Shown: piece by piece, positions 19,465 through 31,176 of the stretch
Position numbering within the stretch: the first letter of the stretch is position 1
How the letters are laid out: every line of letters starts with the position of its first letter
NCBI GenBank assembly: GCA_963696405.1
Contig: CAVOJY010000002.1
Coordinates: 259,803 to 323,802, forward strand
Direction: 5' to 3'
Length of the DNA: 64,000 bases
Source: an uncultured Chloroflexia bacterium
GTDB taxonomy: Bacteria; Chloroflexota; Limnocylindria; Limnocylindrales; CSP1-4
Notes under the pieces: generated by a model
Told to the model about the DNA's origin: nothing
The model's database searches: none
Seen by the model: only the letters and a program-made list of their open reading frames with translations
Translations under genes and position numbers: made by a program

Positions 19465-21087
19465 TCAGCAGCTCGAGTCGTCGGCGGGGGCGGGGATCGC
19501 CGGATCGGGTTTCGGCGCCGGCCCCTTGAAGGCGTCCCGTACCACCTTGCGGATGCGCTGGACGTCGTCCTTCTGGAGGATCATCCGGTAGGTCGGCGGG
19601 TTGAAGTAGACGCGTTTGATGGTGCGCGTATCGACCCGGCTCGCCAGCTCGAGCAGGCCCGGAAGCGCCTTGACCGGGATGTTCGTCCAGAGCGATGACT
19701 TGGCGATCTTGGCCAGCTCGCCGACCCTCGAGACGAGGCAAATCGGCTTGACCTGGTTCCGGAGGGCCATGAGGACTTCCTGCTGGCGATGCATCCGCCC
19801 GTAGTCGGAGTCCTGGTGACGGGAGCGGGCGTAGGCGAGCGCCATGCGACCGTTGAGGTGGTACTTGCCGGGCTTGAAGTAGACCTCGATCCAGCCCGAG
19901 CCGTCCTCGAGCGGGTAATGGGAGTCGTAGAGCGACTTGCGGATGGTGATGTTGAGGCCGCCAAGCGCATCGACGAGCTTGACGAACCCGCGGAGATCGG
20001 CCACCGCGATGCCGTCGAGATCGACGCCCGTCAGGGCCTCGATGGCGGCGCCGAGGGCGAGGTAACCGCGCGACTTGCCGCCGGGGAACAAGGCGGGCCG
20101 TTGATCGGCGTACACGTAGAGCGCGTTGATCATCTGCGGGAACGCGCCGTTCGGGAACAGCCGGGCGAGGCGCGAGGGCAGCGGCACGTTGTAGAGGTTG
20201 CGAGGGATGCCGAACATGGCCGCCCGCCCGGTCTTCACATCGACGCTGACGAGGATCATGGTGTCGGTGCGCAGGCTCCAGCGGTCGGGACCGGCATCTC
20301 CGCCGACGATCAGGACGTCGAGACGGCCGTCCGAGGCCCAGTCTGGGCGGGGCGTCTGGGTTGGGCTGGGCGCGGCCGTCGGCGAGGGCGTCGTCGCGGG
20401 ACTCGGGGACGGCGCGGGCGTCTCCGTGGAGGACGATGAGGGCGTGGGCACGACCGACGGCGACGTGTTGAGCGCTGTCGTCGGGGAAGGCGTGGGCGGC
20501 GGGCTCTGGGTCAGGCTGGGCGATTGGTTTGCGGCGCCAAGCGCCTCGTCGGGCTCGGGGGTCCCGTACGGATCCTCCCCGGCCGCCGTCTGGGCGTCCT
20601 CGCCTTCCGACGGCTCGAAGACCGTGACCATGGTGTCGTACGCCTCATAGCCGAAGTACCCGACCACGGCGTGGCTTGCCGCCATTACCACGAACAGCCC
20701 TGCGACGATGGCCAGGGCGGCTGCACGTCTGCGTGGCCGGGGCGGGGAGCTTCGAACGGGCTCCAGGACCGGCCCCGGCTCCGCAGCGTGGCGCGCGCCG
20801 GCGACCCGGTACGCGTCGACGACAGCGAGGCATCGCCAGGCAAAGAGCAGGACATTGAACCCGAGGAGCGCGGCCAGAACCTCGGGCTGCACGAGAATCC
20901 CGAGGACGGTGGTCATGGTGACCGCCGCGTAGGCGACGGCAGCCGCGACCACGACGACGAGGATGGGGAGGGCGAAGAGCAGCCCGCGACGCCATGCGCC
21001 CACGTACGCGTGCCCGAGCCCGGGGAACAGGAACGAGAGCACCCCTGCCATGACCGCCGAGCGGCGGAGGGTCGACACGATGTTCAT
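19465..21087 (-). CDS. LytR-CpsA-Psr (LCP) family cell-envelope phosphotransferase with N-terminal TM helices and a Pro/Ser/Thr-rich linker
   Basis: 540-aa ORF. LCP core: LIVGGDAGPDRWSLRTDTMILVSVD, FGIPRNL, SRHQDSDYGRMHRQQEVL. Confidence 0.85.
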   Translation of the reverse strand: MNIVSTLRRSAVMAGVLSFLFPGLGHAYVGAWRRGLLFALPILVVVVAAAVAYAAVTMTTVLGILVQPEVLAALLGFNVLLFAWRCLAVVDAYRVAGARHAAEPGPVLEPVRSSPPRPRRRAAALAIVAGLFVVMAASHAVVGYFGYEAYDTMVTVFEPSEGEDAQTAAGEDPYGTPEPDEALGAANQSPSLTQSPPPTPSPTTALNTSPSVVPTPSSSSTETPAPSPSPATTPSPTAAPSPTQTPRPDWASDGRLDVLIVGGDAGPDRWSLRTDTMILVSVDVKTGRAAMFGIPRNLYNVPLPSRLARLFPNGAFPQMINALYVYADQRPALFPGGKSRGYLALGAAIEALTGVDLDGIAVADLRGFVKLVDALGGLNITIRKSLYDSHYPLEDGSGWIEVYFKPGKYHLNGRMALAYARSRHQDSDYGRMHRQQEVLMALRNQVKPICLVSRVGELAKIAKSSLWTNIPVKALPGLLELASRVDTRTIKRVYFNPPTYRMILQKDDVQRIRKVVRDAFKGPAPKPDPAIPAPADDSSC

Positions 21088-21296
21088 TCACCTCGGCGAA
21101 ACGGCCCCGCAGCAGCCCACGCTAGCGCGGCGGCGGCCCGACCGCAAGACGTCGGCCGGATGGCAGGGGTTCCGCCGGAGCCGCACCGGACCGCGTCCGG
21201 GAGACCCGCCGGGGGTGGCACAATGGGCGGGAAGCCAGCGCCGCCCGCGGACCCGGCAGCCTACCCGGGGCGCGATCCACCAGGAGGCAGACCGTC

Positions 21297-21722
21297 GTGA
21301 AGACCGCCTTGATCGTCTACCGCAGCCACAGCGGCACCACCCGCCGGCTGGCCGAGGAGATCGGCGCGTTCGTGGCCGAGCACGGGATCACGCCGACCGT
21401 CGTCTCCGTGGGTGACTGCGACGTCAAGCGCGTGAACGAGGCGGACTACGTCCTCCTCGGCTGCTGGACGAACGGACTCTTCATCATCCTCCAGCATCCC
21501 GACCAGCCCTGGATCGACTTCGCCCGCGACCTGCCGGCCATCTCCAGCGCCCGGGTCGGGCTCTTCACCACCTACAAGCTCGCCACCGGCAGCATGTTCG
21601 GTCAGATGCGCAGGTACCTCTCCGGCAAGGTCTCCAGCTTCGGCCTCGAGCTGAAGTCGCGCAACGGCCACCTGTCCGACGGGAACAAGCGGGACCTCGA
21701 GCGGTTCCTGTCCGGTTCCTGA
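21297..21722 (+). CDS. flavodoxin-like domain protein
   Basis: KTALIVYRSHSGTTRRLAEEI flavodoxin-type N-terminus. AGGAGG 10 nt before GTG 21297. Confidence 0.65.
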   Translation: MKTALIVYRSHSGTTRRLAEEIGAFVAEHGITPTVVSVGDCDVKRVNEADYVLLGCWTNGLFIILQHPDQPWIDFARDLPAISSARVGLFTTYKLATGSMFGQMRRYLSGKVSSFGLELKSRNGHLSDGNKRDLERFLSGS

Positions 21723-21811
21723 GCGGTAGCAGCCGCGGGCCCTCATGAAGTCGCGCCGGGCGCACGCCCCGACGCGGACGGCTTCGCCGCTGCCGGATAC
21801 CCTGAGGGTCC

Positions 21812-22726
21812 ATGCGCCGGATCGTCGTCGCGTTCTGCCTTCTCGTCGTGGCCCTGGCGACTGTCGCCGCCTTGCTCGACGGGTGGGCGCTCCGGAACGT
21901 CCTCGACCGGGACCGGTTCGCCGACCGCGCGTCGGCCCTGCTCGCGACCCCCGAGGCGCGGAAGCTGCTCGCCGACGAACTGGCCGGCCAGCTCGCGGTG
22001 GCCGTCGCGCCGAAACTGGAGTCCCTTGGCCTCCCGCAGCTCGCCGAACCGGACAGCCTCGCCCGCGTCGTCGCGCCGTCACTCGTGTCCGCGCTCGCGA
22101 GTCCCGCCGTCGGGGCCCTGCAGCGCCAACTCCTGCTCTCGCTTCACGACGCCGCGTTCTCGGGTGTCTTCGAGCAGGGATCGGGCGCTGGCCTCGAGGG
22201 TTCCCGGATGATCCTGGACCTCCGCCCCGCGCTCGCCGGCTTCACCGCCGGACTGCCCGCCCAGGCGGCCGGGGTGGTCGCGGCCATCGCGCCGGAGGAG
22301 CTCGTGTTCAGGGTGGCCGACGTGCCGCAGCTCGCGGCCGCGCGCGACGCGCTGCGGTTGGCGGCGGTCGGCCTGCCGGTCTCGGTGGCGATCGGGATCC
22401 TGGCGGCCCTGATGGCGGTTCTCGCCGCTGCGCGCCGATCCAGGGCGATCGCGGGGGTCGGGCTCGCAGTGGCCCTCGGCGGGCTCCTCGTGCTCGCCGC
22501 GACGTACCTGGCGGAGCCCCTCTTCGACATGGTCGTCCGTCCGAGCCTCGCGGCGAGCCTGGCGGCCGACGTGCTCCGCGAGGCCGCACAGGATCTCGTG
22601 TCGCCGAGTCTCGTGGTCGTCGCCGTGGGACTCGCGATCGTCGGCCTCGGCCTGCTCGCCGGCGCGATCCGGGGTCACGGCCCTCGCCGTGCCCACCCGG
22701 ATTACGTCCGCGAGCCGGGACGCTGA
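21812..22726 (+). CDS. hypothetical integral membrane protein
   Basis: 304-aa intact ORF with N-terminal and several C-terminal TM helices. GAGGG SD. Confidence 0.55.
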   Translation: MRRIVVAFCLLVVALATVAALLDGWALRNVLDRDRFADRASALLATPEARKLLADELAGQLAVAVAPKLESLGLPQLAEPDSLARVVAPSLVSALASPAVGALQRQLLLSLHDAAFSGVFEQGSGAGLEGSRMILDLRPALAGFTAGLPAQAAGVVAAIAPEELVFRVADVPQLAAARDALRLAAVGLPVSVAIGILAALMAVLAAARRSRAIAGVGLAVALGGLLVLAATYLAEPLFDMVVRPSLAASLAADVLREAAQDLVSPSLVVVAVGLAIVGLGLLAGAIRGHGPRRAHPDYVREPGR

Positions 22727-22789
22727 TCGGGCAACAGGACCACCGACTGCCGCGGACGCTCGCCGTCCAGCGCCCGTGGCAGTCCGGTG

Positions 22790-23679
22790 TCAGCGTCGTT
22801 GTGCTCGTCTCCCGCCCGTGCCGTGCAACTCGGGGGCAAAGGCCCCGGCGATGTCGCCGAACTTGGTGAGCCTGCAGCCCGCCTTCACTCGCTGGAGCTC
22901 CTCGTAGCGCTCGTCGTCCACGAAGGCGACGATGCGCGCGATGCAGCTCTCGCCGTCCACGAGGCGCCACGGGAAGCAGCCGATCGTGCACGCGCTGGTT
23001 CAGCAGCAGGTCGATGTCGCCGCCCAGGCACTCGGCGTGGATGATGCCGTCGTTGAACATCTCGAGGTGCATGAGCTGGTACTTGCGAGTCGTCGAAGAA
23101 CTCGGCGAGCGGCTTGCCGTACTTCTCGCGGAAGTGCTCGTCGGCCTGGCGGGCCTGGCGCGGCATCCAGTCGCGGATGATGGTGTTCATGGGGTGGTCG
23201 GCGCTGCCGCAGTCCACGCCGATCCAGCGGAGCTTCTTCGTCTTGGCCCACTCGGCGAACTCGCGGTCGGGGCCGGGGTGCTTGACCATGTAGGCGATCT
23301 CGTCGGCGGTGGGCTGGTCCCAGCCGTAGTGGTGGTAGCCGGTGTGGATGATGAGGATGTCGCCCGTCGCGCACCTCGACGCGCTCCTCGACCATCTTCG
23401 AGGTGTAGACGTCGTAGTCGCCGACAGCGTCGGAGAGGTCGACGATCGCCGCCTTCGCCGACGAGGAAGTCGAGGTCGAAGCGAGGCGATGTCCTTGCCC
23501 GGCGTGTAGAAGTGGATCTCGCCGTCGAGGTGCGTGCCGACGTGGTTCGAGTGGGTGAGGATCTGGCCGTTGGCGCCGTTCGGGGCGAGCCGCTTGAAGT
23601 ACTTCATCTGCAGCGGCTCGTAGGTCGGCCACGGCGGGGTGCCGATGCCGAGCGGGATCGTCAGGTCGATGAGCTTCAT
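22790..23679 (-). pseudogene. putative cyclase family protein (kynurenine formamidase-like), multiply frameshifted
   Basis: ATG 23679 after GGAGGAGGAG. Protein is recovered from ORFs 22885..23679, 23000..23632, 22308..23072 and an unlisted frame ending at TGA 22790. Five switches, near 23487, 23460, 23368, 23088 and 22995. Motifs HVGTHLDGEIHF and GDILIIHTGYHHYGW. Confidence 0.75.
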
Positions 23680-23710
23680 GGCTCCTCCTCCGTGCGAGCG
23701 TGGCGGCGTG

Positions 23711-25002
23711 TCAGCGTGGCTGGCGGGAGCGTGGCTCGCGAAGGCGAGCGAGCGCCTCGCGGAAGCAGTCGAACGGCGGCTTCACGAGCCCCGCGCCGAC
23801 CATGCCGACGCCGGGCGTCCGGTGCGCGATGCCGGTGTTGACGACCGGCACGACGCCGGTCTCGACGACCTTGAGGAGGTCGATGCCGGTCGCGGTGCCG
23901 CGGAAGTCGAGCGCCGGGATCTGGTAGACCGGGTGCTCGGCGAGCGTGATGTCGTACATGCGGACGGGTGAAGGCGAGCGCCTGCGCGGCGCTGCCGCCC
24001 ACGAACTGCACGATGGCGGGCGCCGCGGCCATGGCCATGCCGCCGAGGCCGGCGGTCTCGGTGATCGACCGAGTCGCCGATGTCGGGCGCGGCGTCCGCC
24101 GGCGCCGAAGCCCGGGCAGGTAGAGCCCATCCACCATCGGCGCGGGCGCGGTGAACCAGCGCCCGGGCAGCCCCGCCACCTGGATGCCGAAGTCGGTGCC
24201 GTTGCGCGCCATGACGGTGATCATGGCTGGAGGCCGCGATGCCGGCCGCGGGGTCGAGCGAGGCACTTGCTGCGCCGCCATCGAGAGGTTCAGGAAGAAG
24301 TGGTCGTTGCCGTCGAGGAAGCGCAGGACCGCGGCGACGTCGTCCGGGCCGGCTCCGACGCTGCACCAGGTGCGGCGCCAGGGCGCGGATCAGCAGCGAC
24401 GTGGCCGCGCGGTTGCGGTTGTGCACCTCGTCGCCCATCTGCAGCGCCTGGGCGATGAGCGCTGCGCAGGTCGAGCGGCCCGTGCGCTGCCAGCGCCTGC
24501 TGCAGCGAGCGGGGCGAGCACGCGTCTCCATCCAGCGCAGGCGGGTCGATGACCTCGTCGTCGTAGGCGCCGTAGCGCAGCACCTTGCCGAGGCCCTCGT
24601 TGAGCGTGGCGTAGGCGCGGTTGCCGAACGCTGTCGTTCTCGACGATCCAGACCGGCATCGAGGCGGTGACGATGCCTGCCATCGGCCCGACCGCCGCGT
24701 GGTGGTGGCACGGCGCGAACGTCGACCTCGCCGGAGGCGGCCAGCCGTTCGCGCCTCCTCCGGCGTCCTTCGCCAGGCCCTCGTAGACGAGCCCGCCGAT
24801 GACCGCGCCGCGGGTCGGGCCGCTCATGCGCTCCCACGTCGACCGGCGGCCCGGCGTGCAGCACGAGGTCGCGGCGCATGCCGGGGATGACGTCGAGCGC
24901 CCGGCCGATGCCGACGACGACGGGTCTGGCAGCGAGCAGGCGGTCCACGGACTCGGCCGTGGCCGCGGCGATCTCCGGGCGCACCTCGCCGTCCGGACCC
25001 AT
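23711..25002 (-). pseudogene. DUF1116 (YlbE-like) protein, multiply frameshifted
   Basis: Pieces across ORFs 23782..25002, 24390..25037, 24290..24583, 23676..24281 and 23711..24130: VIPGMRRDLVLHAGPP, ERMSGPTRGAVIGGLVYEG, FAPCHHHAAVGPMAGIVTASMPVWIVEN, LRYGAYDDEVID, AQALQMGDEVHNRNRAATSLL, VVNTGIAHRTPGVGMVGAG. At least 10 frame switches. Confidence 0.7.
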
Positions 25003-25083
25003 GCAGGCCGCGAGTGCGGCCTGCAGCGATGCAACACCCCGGCGCGGTGGGCGGCGGGGCCTTTCCGGGGGCCTCGAGGGCGG

Positions 25084-27475
25084 TCACCGAGCTCCCCGGC
25101 TCGCGGCCGCGCGCTTGAGGCCCAGGTAGACCCGCTCCGGATCGAGCGGCAGCTCGAAGAACTCGACGCCGGTGGCGTTGGCCACCGCGTTGCCCACCGC
25201 GCTCGGCACCGAGATCATGGGGTGCTCGGCCACGCCGCGCGCGCCGTAGGGGCCCTGCGGGTGCGGCGTCTCGACGAAGAACTGCTGCATCTCGGCCGGG
25301 ATGTCCTTGGCCGTCGGGATCTTGTAGTCGGCGAACGAGTTGTTGAGCAGCCGCCCTTCCTCGAAGACGAACTTCTCGATCACGCGCCGAGCCCAGCCCC
25401 TGCACGACGCCGCCGATCGACCTGCGCTGCGGCACTGCTGCGCGGTTGAGCACCTTGCCGGCGTCGAAGGCCGAGGCGATCTTGAGCACCCGGATCTGCC
25501 CGGTGTCGGTGTCCACCTCGAGCTCGACGCCGTGCGCGCCGTAGGTCCAGTTGAGCGCCGGCAGCCCCTGGCCGGTCTCGGGGTCGAGGTTCGTGAGCCC
25601 GTGCGCGATGTAGCGGCCCTGGCCGATCACCGGCCCGCCGATGCTGTTGCCGTCGGGGTACGTGTAGCCGAGCACGATCTGGCTGTAGTCGAGCTTCTGC
25701 TCCGGCTGCCCCGCGCGCCCACACCTTGCCCGTCGCCGCACTCGATCTGCTCGGCCGGCACGCGCAGCACCTGCGCGGCGACGCGCCGGATCTGGTCGAG
25801 GCACTCGCGCGCCGCCTCGATGATGGCGTTGCCGCCCATCACCGCGAAGCGGCTCGCCACCGTCTGCCAGTCGTACGGGCGTGTAGTCGGTGTCGCTCTC
25901 CCAGGGCACGCGCACCTTCTCGAGCGGCGATGCGCAGCTCGTCGGCGGCGATCTGGGCGAGCGTCGTGTAGGTGCCCTGGCCGTAGTCCACGCCCGCTCA
26001 CCAGCACGTTCGCCGAGCCGTCGCCGTTGAAGAGGATGGTCGCCGAGCACGAGGTGAAGGTCGGCATGGCGGGCGCCTTGTGCAGCATGGCGATGCCCTT
26101 GCCGCGCACGATGCCGCGCGCCGGGCGCGACCGGCGCCGCCGGCCGCGCGCCGCCGGGTCCCAGCCGATCGCCTCGGCCACCAGGCGCAGGCACTCGTCG
26201 GGGCGGCCGTGGCCCTCGGTGAACGCGCTCGCCGGTGATGGTGGTCTCGCCCACGCGGAGCAGGTTCTTGCGGCGGAACTCGAACGGGTCGATCCCCAGC
26301 GCGCGGGCGACGAGGTCCATGTTGCGCTCGATGCCCCAGAGCACCTCGAGGTGGCCGAAGCCGCGGTAGGCGGTGCCGAAGATCTTGTTCGTGTAGACCA
26401 CGAAGGAGTCGATGCTTGCAGTTCGGCACGACGTAGGGGCCCGGCGCCCGAGTAGGCCGCCGCGCGCCCGATGTTGACGCCGTAGTCGGCGTAGGCGCCC
26501 GCGTCCCAGAGGTACGTGATGTCGAGCGCGGTGATGCGCCCGTCGCGCGGTGACGCCGGTGCGGATCGATGCTCGTCGAGCCCCTGGCGCGAGGGCAGCG
26601 TGTTGAACTCCTCCTCGCGGGTGGCGACGATCTTGACCGGCCGCCCGCCGGCCGCCTTCGACAGGCAGTAGACGAGCGGCTCGAGGTGGATGCCCGCCTT
26701 GCCGCCGAAGCCGCCGCCGACGTACGGGCACGCGCACCCGCACCTTCTGCAGCGGCAGGCCGAAGGTGTGGCAGAAGAGCGAGCGCACCGTGAACGGCGA
26801 CTGCGCCGAGGTGACGATCTCGACCTCGCCGTCGGCGCGCGCGGTGGCGATCGCGGTGTGGGTCTCCAGCGGCACGTGCTGCACCGGCGGGTTCTCGGAA
26901 GCGGAACTCGAAGACCCGGTCGGCCTCGGCGAAGCCCTCCCCGACGTCGCCCTTGCGGATCTTCTGGTGGTGGGCGACGTTCCGGCCCGGCTGCGGGAAG
27001 AAGACACCCTTCATCCACGAGTAGTCCGCCAGGTCGGGGTGCACCTGCGGCGCGCCCGTCGCGCGAGCGCGGCCTGCACGTCGAGCACCGGCGCGAGCGG
27101 CTCGTACTCGACCTCGATCGCCGCGCACGCCGCCGCGCGCCTGCTCGACCGTCTCGGCCGCCACCGCGGCCACCGCCTCGCCCTGGTGGCGCACCACGCC
27201 GCGGGCGAGGATGTCCTTGTCCTCCATGTAGAGGCCGAGCTTGTACGGGCAGGTCGGCGCCGGTGAGCACGGCCTTCACGCCGGGCATCGCCCGCGCCTT
27301 CGACGTGTCGATGCGCACGATGCGCGCCGACGGCGTGCGGCGAGGTGAGGATGCGGGCGTGCAGCATCCCCGGCAGCGCCATGTCGTGCACGAACAGGGC
27401 CGAGCCGGTGACCTTGGCGGCACGCGTCGACGCGGTTCGCCGCGCCGCCGACGTAGGGCGCCGACGGGCGCGGGC
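25084..27475 (-). pseudogene. xanthine dehydrogenase/aldehyde oxidase family molybdopterin-binding subunit (CoxL-like), multiply frameshifted
   Basis: Pieces in ORFs 27011..28192, 25627..27930, 25998..27227, 24824..27007, 25380..25724 and 25084..25383: KVTGSALFVHDMALPGMLHARIL, QHVPLETHTAIA, VGGGFGGK, YRGFGHLEVLWGIE, GAHGVELEVDTDTGQIRVL, GARGVAEHPMISVPSAVGNAV. The 5' boundary is approximate. No stop is seen in the locally coherent frame linking it to the 2Fe-2S part. Confidence 0.75.
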
Positions 27476-27958
27476 GACGGCCGGTACGTGCCGCCCGCGC
27501 CACCGCCTCGACCGCCTGGACGAGCGGCTCGTAGCCCGGTGCAGCGGCAGAGTTGCCGGCGAGCGCCTCGACGATCTCGTCGCGCGTGGGGTGCGGGTTG
27601 CGGCGCAGCAGCGCGCGGGCCGAGTTGAGCATGCCCGGCGTGCAGAAGCCGCACTGGATGGCGCCGAAGTCGACGAACGCCTGCTGCAGGTCCGAGAGCA
27701 CGCCCGACGCCCGGGGTCTCGCCCTCGGCGGTCTCGATGACCGCGCCGTCGGCCTCGACCGCCAGCACCAGGCAGGCGTTCACCGGCTGGCCGTCCATGA
27801 TCACCGTGCAGGCGCCGCACTCGCCGATGCCGCAGCCGCCCTTGACGCTCTGCAGGTGGAGATCGCCCTTCAGCAGGTCGAGCAGCGTGCGCTCCGCCGG
27901 CACCTCGAGCGTCACGGTCTCGCCGTTCACCGTGAGGGTGATCGGGATAGGTCTTCAT
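27476..27958 (-). pseudogene. (2Fe-2S)-binding subunit or domain (CoxS-like), frameshifted
   Basis: ATG 27958 after GGGGAGGG. Motifs KGGCGIGECGACTV, QCGFCTPGM and LCRCTGY recovered from three frames. The first switch follows MKTYP at the G run 27944-27946. May be fused to the Moco part. Confidence 0.7.
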
Positions 27959-28828
27959 GACGCCCTCCCCGCGCTGCCGAGGAGCCGCGCGGCGAGCCGC
28001 CGGCAGAGGAGGGCGGCCATGTCGCGCCGGTACTCGGCCGAGGCGCGCACGTCGTCGATCGGGCAGATGTGCTCGAGCGCCAGCGCGGCCAGCGCGCTCC
28101 CGACCTCCGCGGGATCGGCGTCCGGGTCTACGCCCGCTAGCGGCGGCGACGAGCACCGGCGTCACCCCGCAACTCCCGATGGCCACGCGCATCGTGCCGC
28201 GCCACCGGGTCGAAGGCCGCCGCCGCGTTCACCAGCGCCAGGTCGTGCCCGCCAGCGCGCTTGATCTTGTCGAAGGCGCTGCGCAGCCCCGGCGACCGGC
28301 CGCGGCACGACGCACCGCCGTCACGATCTCGTCGGGCGCCAGCGCGGTCTTCTTCACCCCGCGGAAGAACTCGGCGAGCGGGATCTCGCGCGCTGCCGCC
28401 GCGGTCCGGCGACCCGGAGCGCGCGCGCCCAGCACCGAGCAGCGGCGGCGCCGTGTCCATGCACGGCGAGGCGTTGGCCAGGTTGCCGCCGACCGTCGCG
28501 CGCGAGCGGATCTGCAGCGAGCCGATCGCGCCCGCGCCCTCGGCGAGCGCCGGGAAGGCCTCGCGGATGCGCGGGTCCTCGGCGATGCGTCTGCACCGAG
28601 CACGCAGGCGCCGAGCACGAGGTCGCCCGCCGCCGTCCAGCGCAGATCCGCCCAGCCGGGGATGCGCTTGATGTCCACGCACCAGGTCGGGACGCATCTC
28701 GCCCGACGCGCAGCGCGACCAGGAGGTCGGTCCCGCCGGCCAGCACCCTCGCCCGCCCGGCGGCGGCGGCGAGCAGCGCCGTGGCCTCGGCGACGGTGGC
28801 CGGCCGCTCGTAGCGGAAGCTCGCTCAT
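27955..28828 (-). pseudogene. FAD-binding subunit of the molybdenum hydroxylase (CoxM-like), multiply frameshifted
   Basis: ATG 28828 overlaps the upstream stop (ATGA); stop 27955 overlaps the next ATG (ATGA). Pieces: LAGGTDLLVALR, VVDIKRIPGW, IRSRATVGGNLANASPCMD, REIPLAEFFRGVKKTALAPDEIV. Confidence 0.7.
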
Positions 28829-29199
28829 GGCGTCCTCACCCCGCCTCGCGCCGCGCTCAGGCCGACGCCGAAGACCAGGCCGCGGATCTCCTTGCCGCCG
28901 ATCTCGCGCACCGTGCCGACTGCGCGCCCGCACGCGCATCGCCGGTCCGCGGCTCGGCGATGTCGAGCCGCCCGGTGGCGCGCACCCCCATGTCCATCTC
29001 GACGATCCCGAGCGTGATGTAGAGGTCCTCGTAGTCGAGCGGCAGCGCGTAGACGCGCGTCCAGGTCAGGAGCTTGCCCTCGCCCTCGATCGGCACCGGC
29101 TCGAACTGCGTGCCGCGGCACGCCGGGCAGTAGAAATGGGTCGGGTAGGAGAGCTTGCCGCAGCTCGTGCACTTCGCGGCGTCGACGGTGCGTGGCCAT
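28825..29199 (-). pseudogene. DUF35 Zn-ribbon/OB-fold protein (thiolase partner), frameshifted
   Basis: ATG 29199. CTSCGKLSYPTHFYCPACRGTQFEPV and GEGKLLTWTRVY lie in ORF 28857..29348. Start and C-terminus are in the 28825..31161 frame. Confidence 0.7.
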
Positions 29200-29200
29200 G

Positions 29201-30396
29201 TCACACCCCCCGCTTGAGCACGGTGGCGAGCACGTTGTTGCCGAAGCCGCCGAAGTTGACGGCGAAGCCGTTCTTCGGGCTGGTTCGGCACCTGGTAGTC
29301 GCCCGCCTCGCCGCGCAGCTGCAGCACCAGCTCGACGATCTGCGACACGCCGGTGGCGCCGACGGGGTGGCCCGCGCGCCTTCAGCCCGCCCGAGGGGTT
29401 GATGGGCAGCCGGCCGCCGATCTGCGTCTCGCCGCGCTCGAGCGCCATGTGCCCCTGGCCCTTCGGGAAGAAGCCGGCCTCCTCGCTCTCGGCGATCTCG
29501 AGGATGGTGAAGGCGTCGTGCAGCTCGGCCACGTCGATGTCCGCCGGGCCGAGGCCCGCCATGGCGAAGGCCTTCTCCGCGGCGAGCCGCACCGCCGTCA
29601 GCTCGGTCGGGTCGGGCCGCTCGTGGACCGCGTGCGTGTCGGTGGCCTGGCCGATGCCGGCGATGCGCACCGGCGTCCTTGCGCGAACTCCTTGCGCCAT
29701 CGACGCGGGCGCCAGGAGCACGGCCGCGGCGCCGTCGCTCACCGGGCAGCAGTCGAAGAAGCGCAGCGGCTCGGCGATCCACGGGTTGTTCATCGCCGCG
29801 TCGGGCCCGGTGAGGAGGCCCTCCATGGTCACCGGGATGCGCAGGTGCGCCTTGCGGTTCAGCGCGCCGTTGGCGTGGTTCTTGATCGCCACCATGGCCA
29901 GGTGCTCCGGGCGCGACGCCGTAGCGGTCCATGTAGAGCCGCGCGAACATCCCGGCCAGCGCCGGCAGCGTGACCCCGTAGAGGTACTCGGCGTAGCGGT
30001 GCGAGAGGTACGAGACGAACTCGGTGGCCTCGAAGTTGTTGACCTCGCTGCATGCGCTCGCCGCCGCACACCAGCACCAGGTCGCACATCCCGGAGGCCA
30101 CCGCCTGGAACCCGTGCTTGACCGCGGAGGCGCCGGAGGCCGGGCCGTTCTCGATCGTCTCGGCGGCCGCGGGGATAGAGGTTCAGAGCCGGTCGACCAG
30201 GGCGCTCGCGAGTCCCGCCTGCCGGTTGTTGCGGGCCGAGCCCATGTTGGCGACGTAGACCGCGTCGATCGTTGCGCTCGCCGATGCCGGCGTCGGTGAG
30301 CGCGTCGTGCGAGGCCTCGCACATCATCTTGAGCAGACTCCACTGGGCGCGCCCGAACTGCGTCGAGCCGACGCCGACGATGGCGACGTCTCTCAT
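29201..30396 (-). pseudogene. thiolase-domain protein (SCP-x / nonspecific lipid-transfer type), multiply frameshifted
   Basis: ATG 30396 after GGAGG. MRDVAIVGVGSTQFGR start. Pieces in ORFs 28825..31161, 29201..30343 and 29859..30101: CCPVSDGAAAVLLA, AELHDAFTILEI, INPSGGLKA, GHPVGATGVSQIVEL. Confidence 0.7.
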
Positions 30397-31161
30397 AGCC
30401 GGGCCTCCAGCGTGTCCTCGATCTGCACCAGCATGGTGCGCAGGTCGGGCTCGCGGAGCGGGTACGACGCCGCCAGCAGCTCCTCCGAGACCGGACGCGT
30501 GCCGCTCACCAGGCGCGACTTGGCCTTGAAGTACGTCTCGCGGCGTGAGCACCCAGGAGGGCGCGCCGCCCAGCTCGTGCTGGACCTCGAACTTGCGGTC
30601 GAGCGGGTACTCGATCATCCAGCGGCGGTGGCCGATGGGGCTCTCGGCGACGATCCACACCTCGTCCTGGCCCGAGGTACTCGATGTGGTGCTCCATCTT
30701 CGAGGCGAACAGGTGGGCGCCCGACGCGCAGGCCCGCGCTTCAGCGTCAGCGTGTGGTAGCTGATGCCGTGCTGCTCGTCGAACATGCGGCCGTTGACGA
30801 TGCCGGCCAGCACGCCGTCGATCACGCCGACCAGGCAGTACTCGTTGCGCACGCGGTAGGTCTTCCAGCCGAGCAGCTCGGCGAAGAGGCGCGCCGCGAC
30901 GATGTCGTAGAAGTCGCGGTCGAGCCAGACGAGCGGCTGGATGAACCCCAGCATCGCGTCCACCTCGTCGACCGAGGCCTGGCGCACGACCATGATCTCG
31001 CCGCTGGCGAGCAGTGATCGCCTTGGGCGGGATAGGGGGCCATGGGCAGCACGGGTGGCCGCAGCATGGCCTCGAGCTCGATCGATCATCCGCTCCTCCT
31101 CGGGGGTGAGCGGCTCGCCGGTGTCCCAATCGATGCGCGGACGGTTCATTGCCGTGGTCAT
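30393..31161 (-). pseudogene. hypothetical protein (no domain recognised), multiply frameshifted
   Basis: ATG 31161. Pieces in three frames, for example VRQASVDEVDAMLGFIQPLVW, HLFASKMEHHIEYLG, EVWIVAESPIGHRRWMIEYPL. Natural-looking C-terminus YFKAKSRLVSGTRPVSEELL...IEDTLEARL ends at a TGA overlapping the thiolase ATG. Confidence 0.5.
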
Positions 31162-31176
31162 GATCGTTCCCGCGTC

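Noticed and set aside
27440-27520. Calling a definite 2Fe-2S-Moco fusion protein (Mop-type).
   Set aside because: The locally coherent frame shows no stop across the junction. However, the region is full of frame switches, so a lost stop/start pair cannot be excluded. It is reported as two parts with an approximate boundary.
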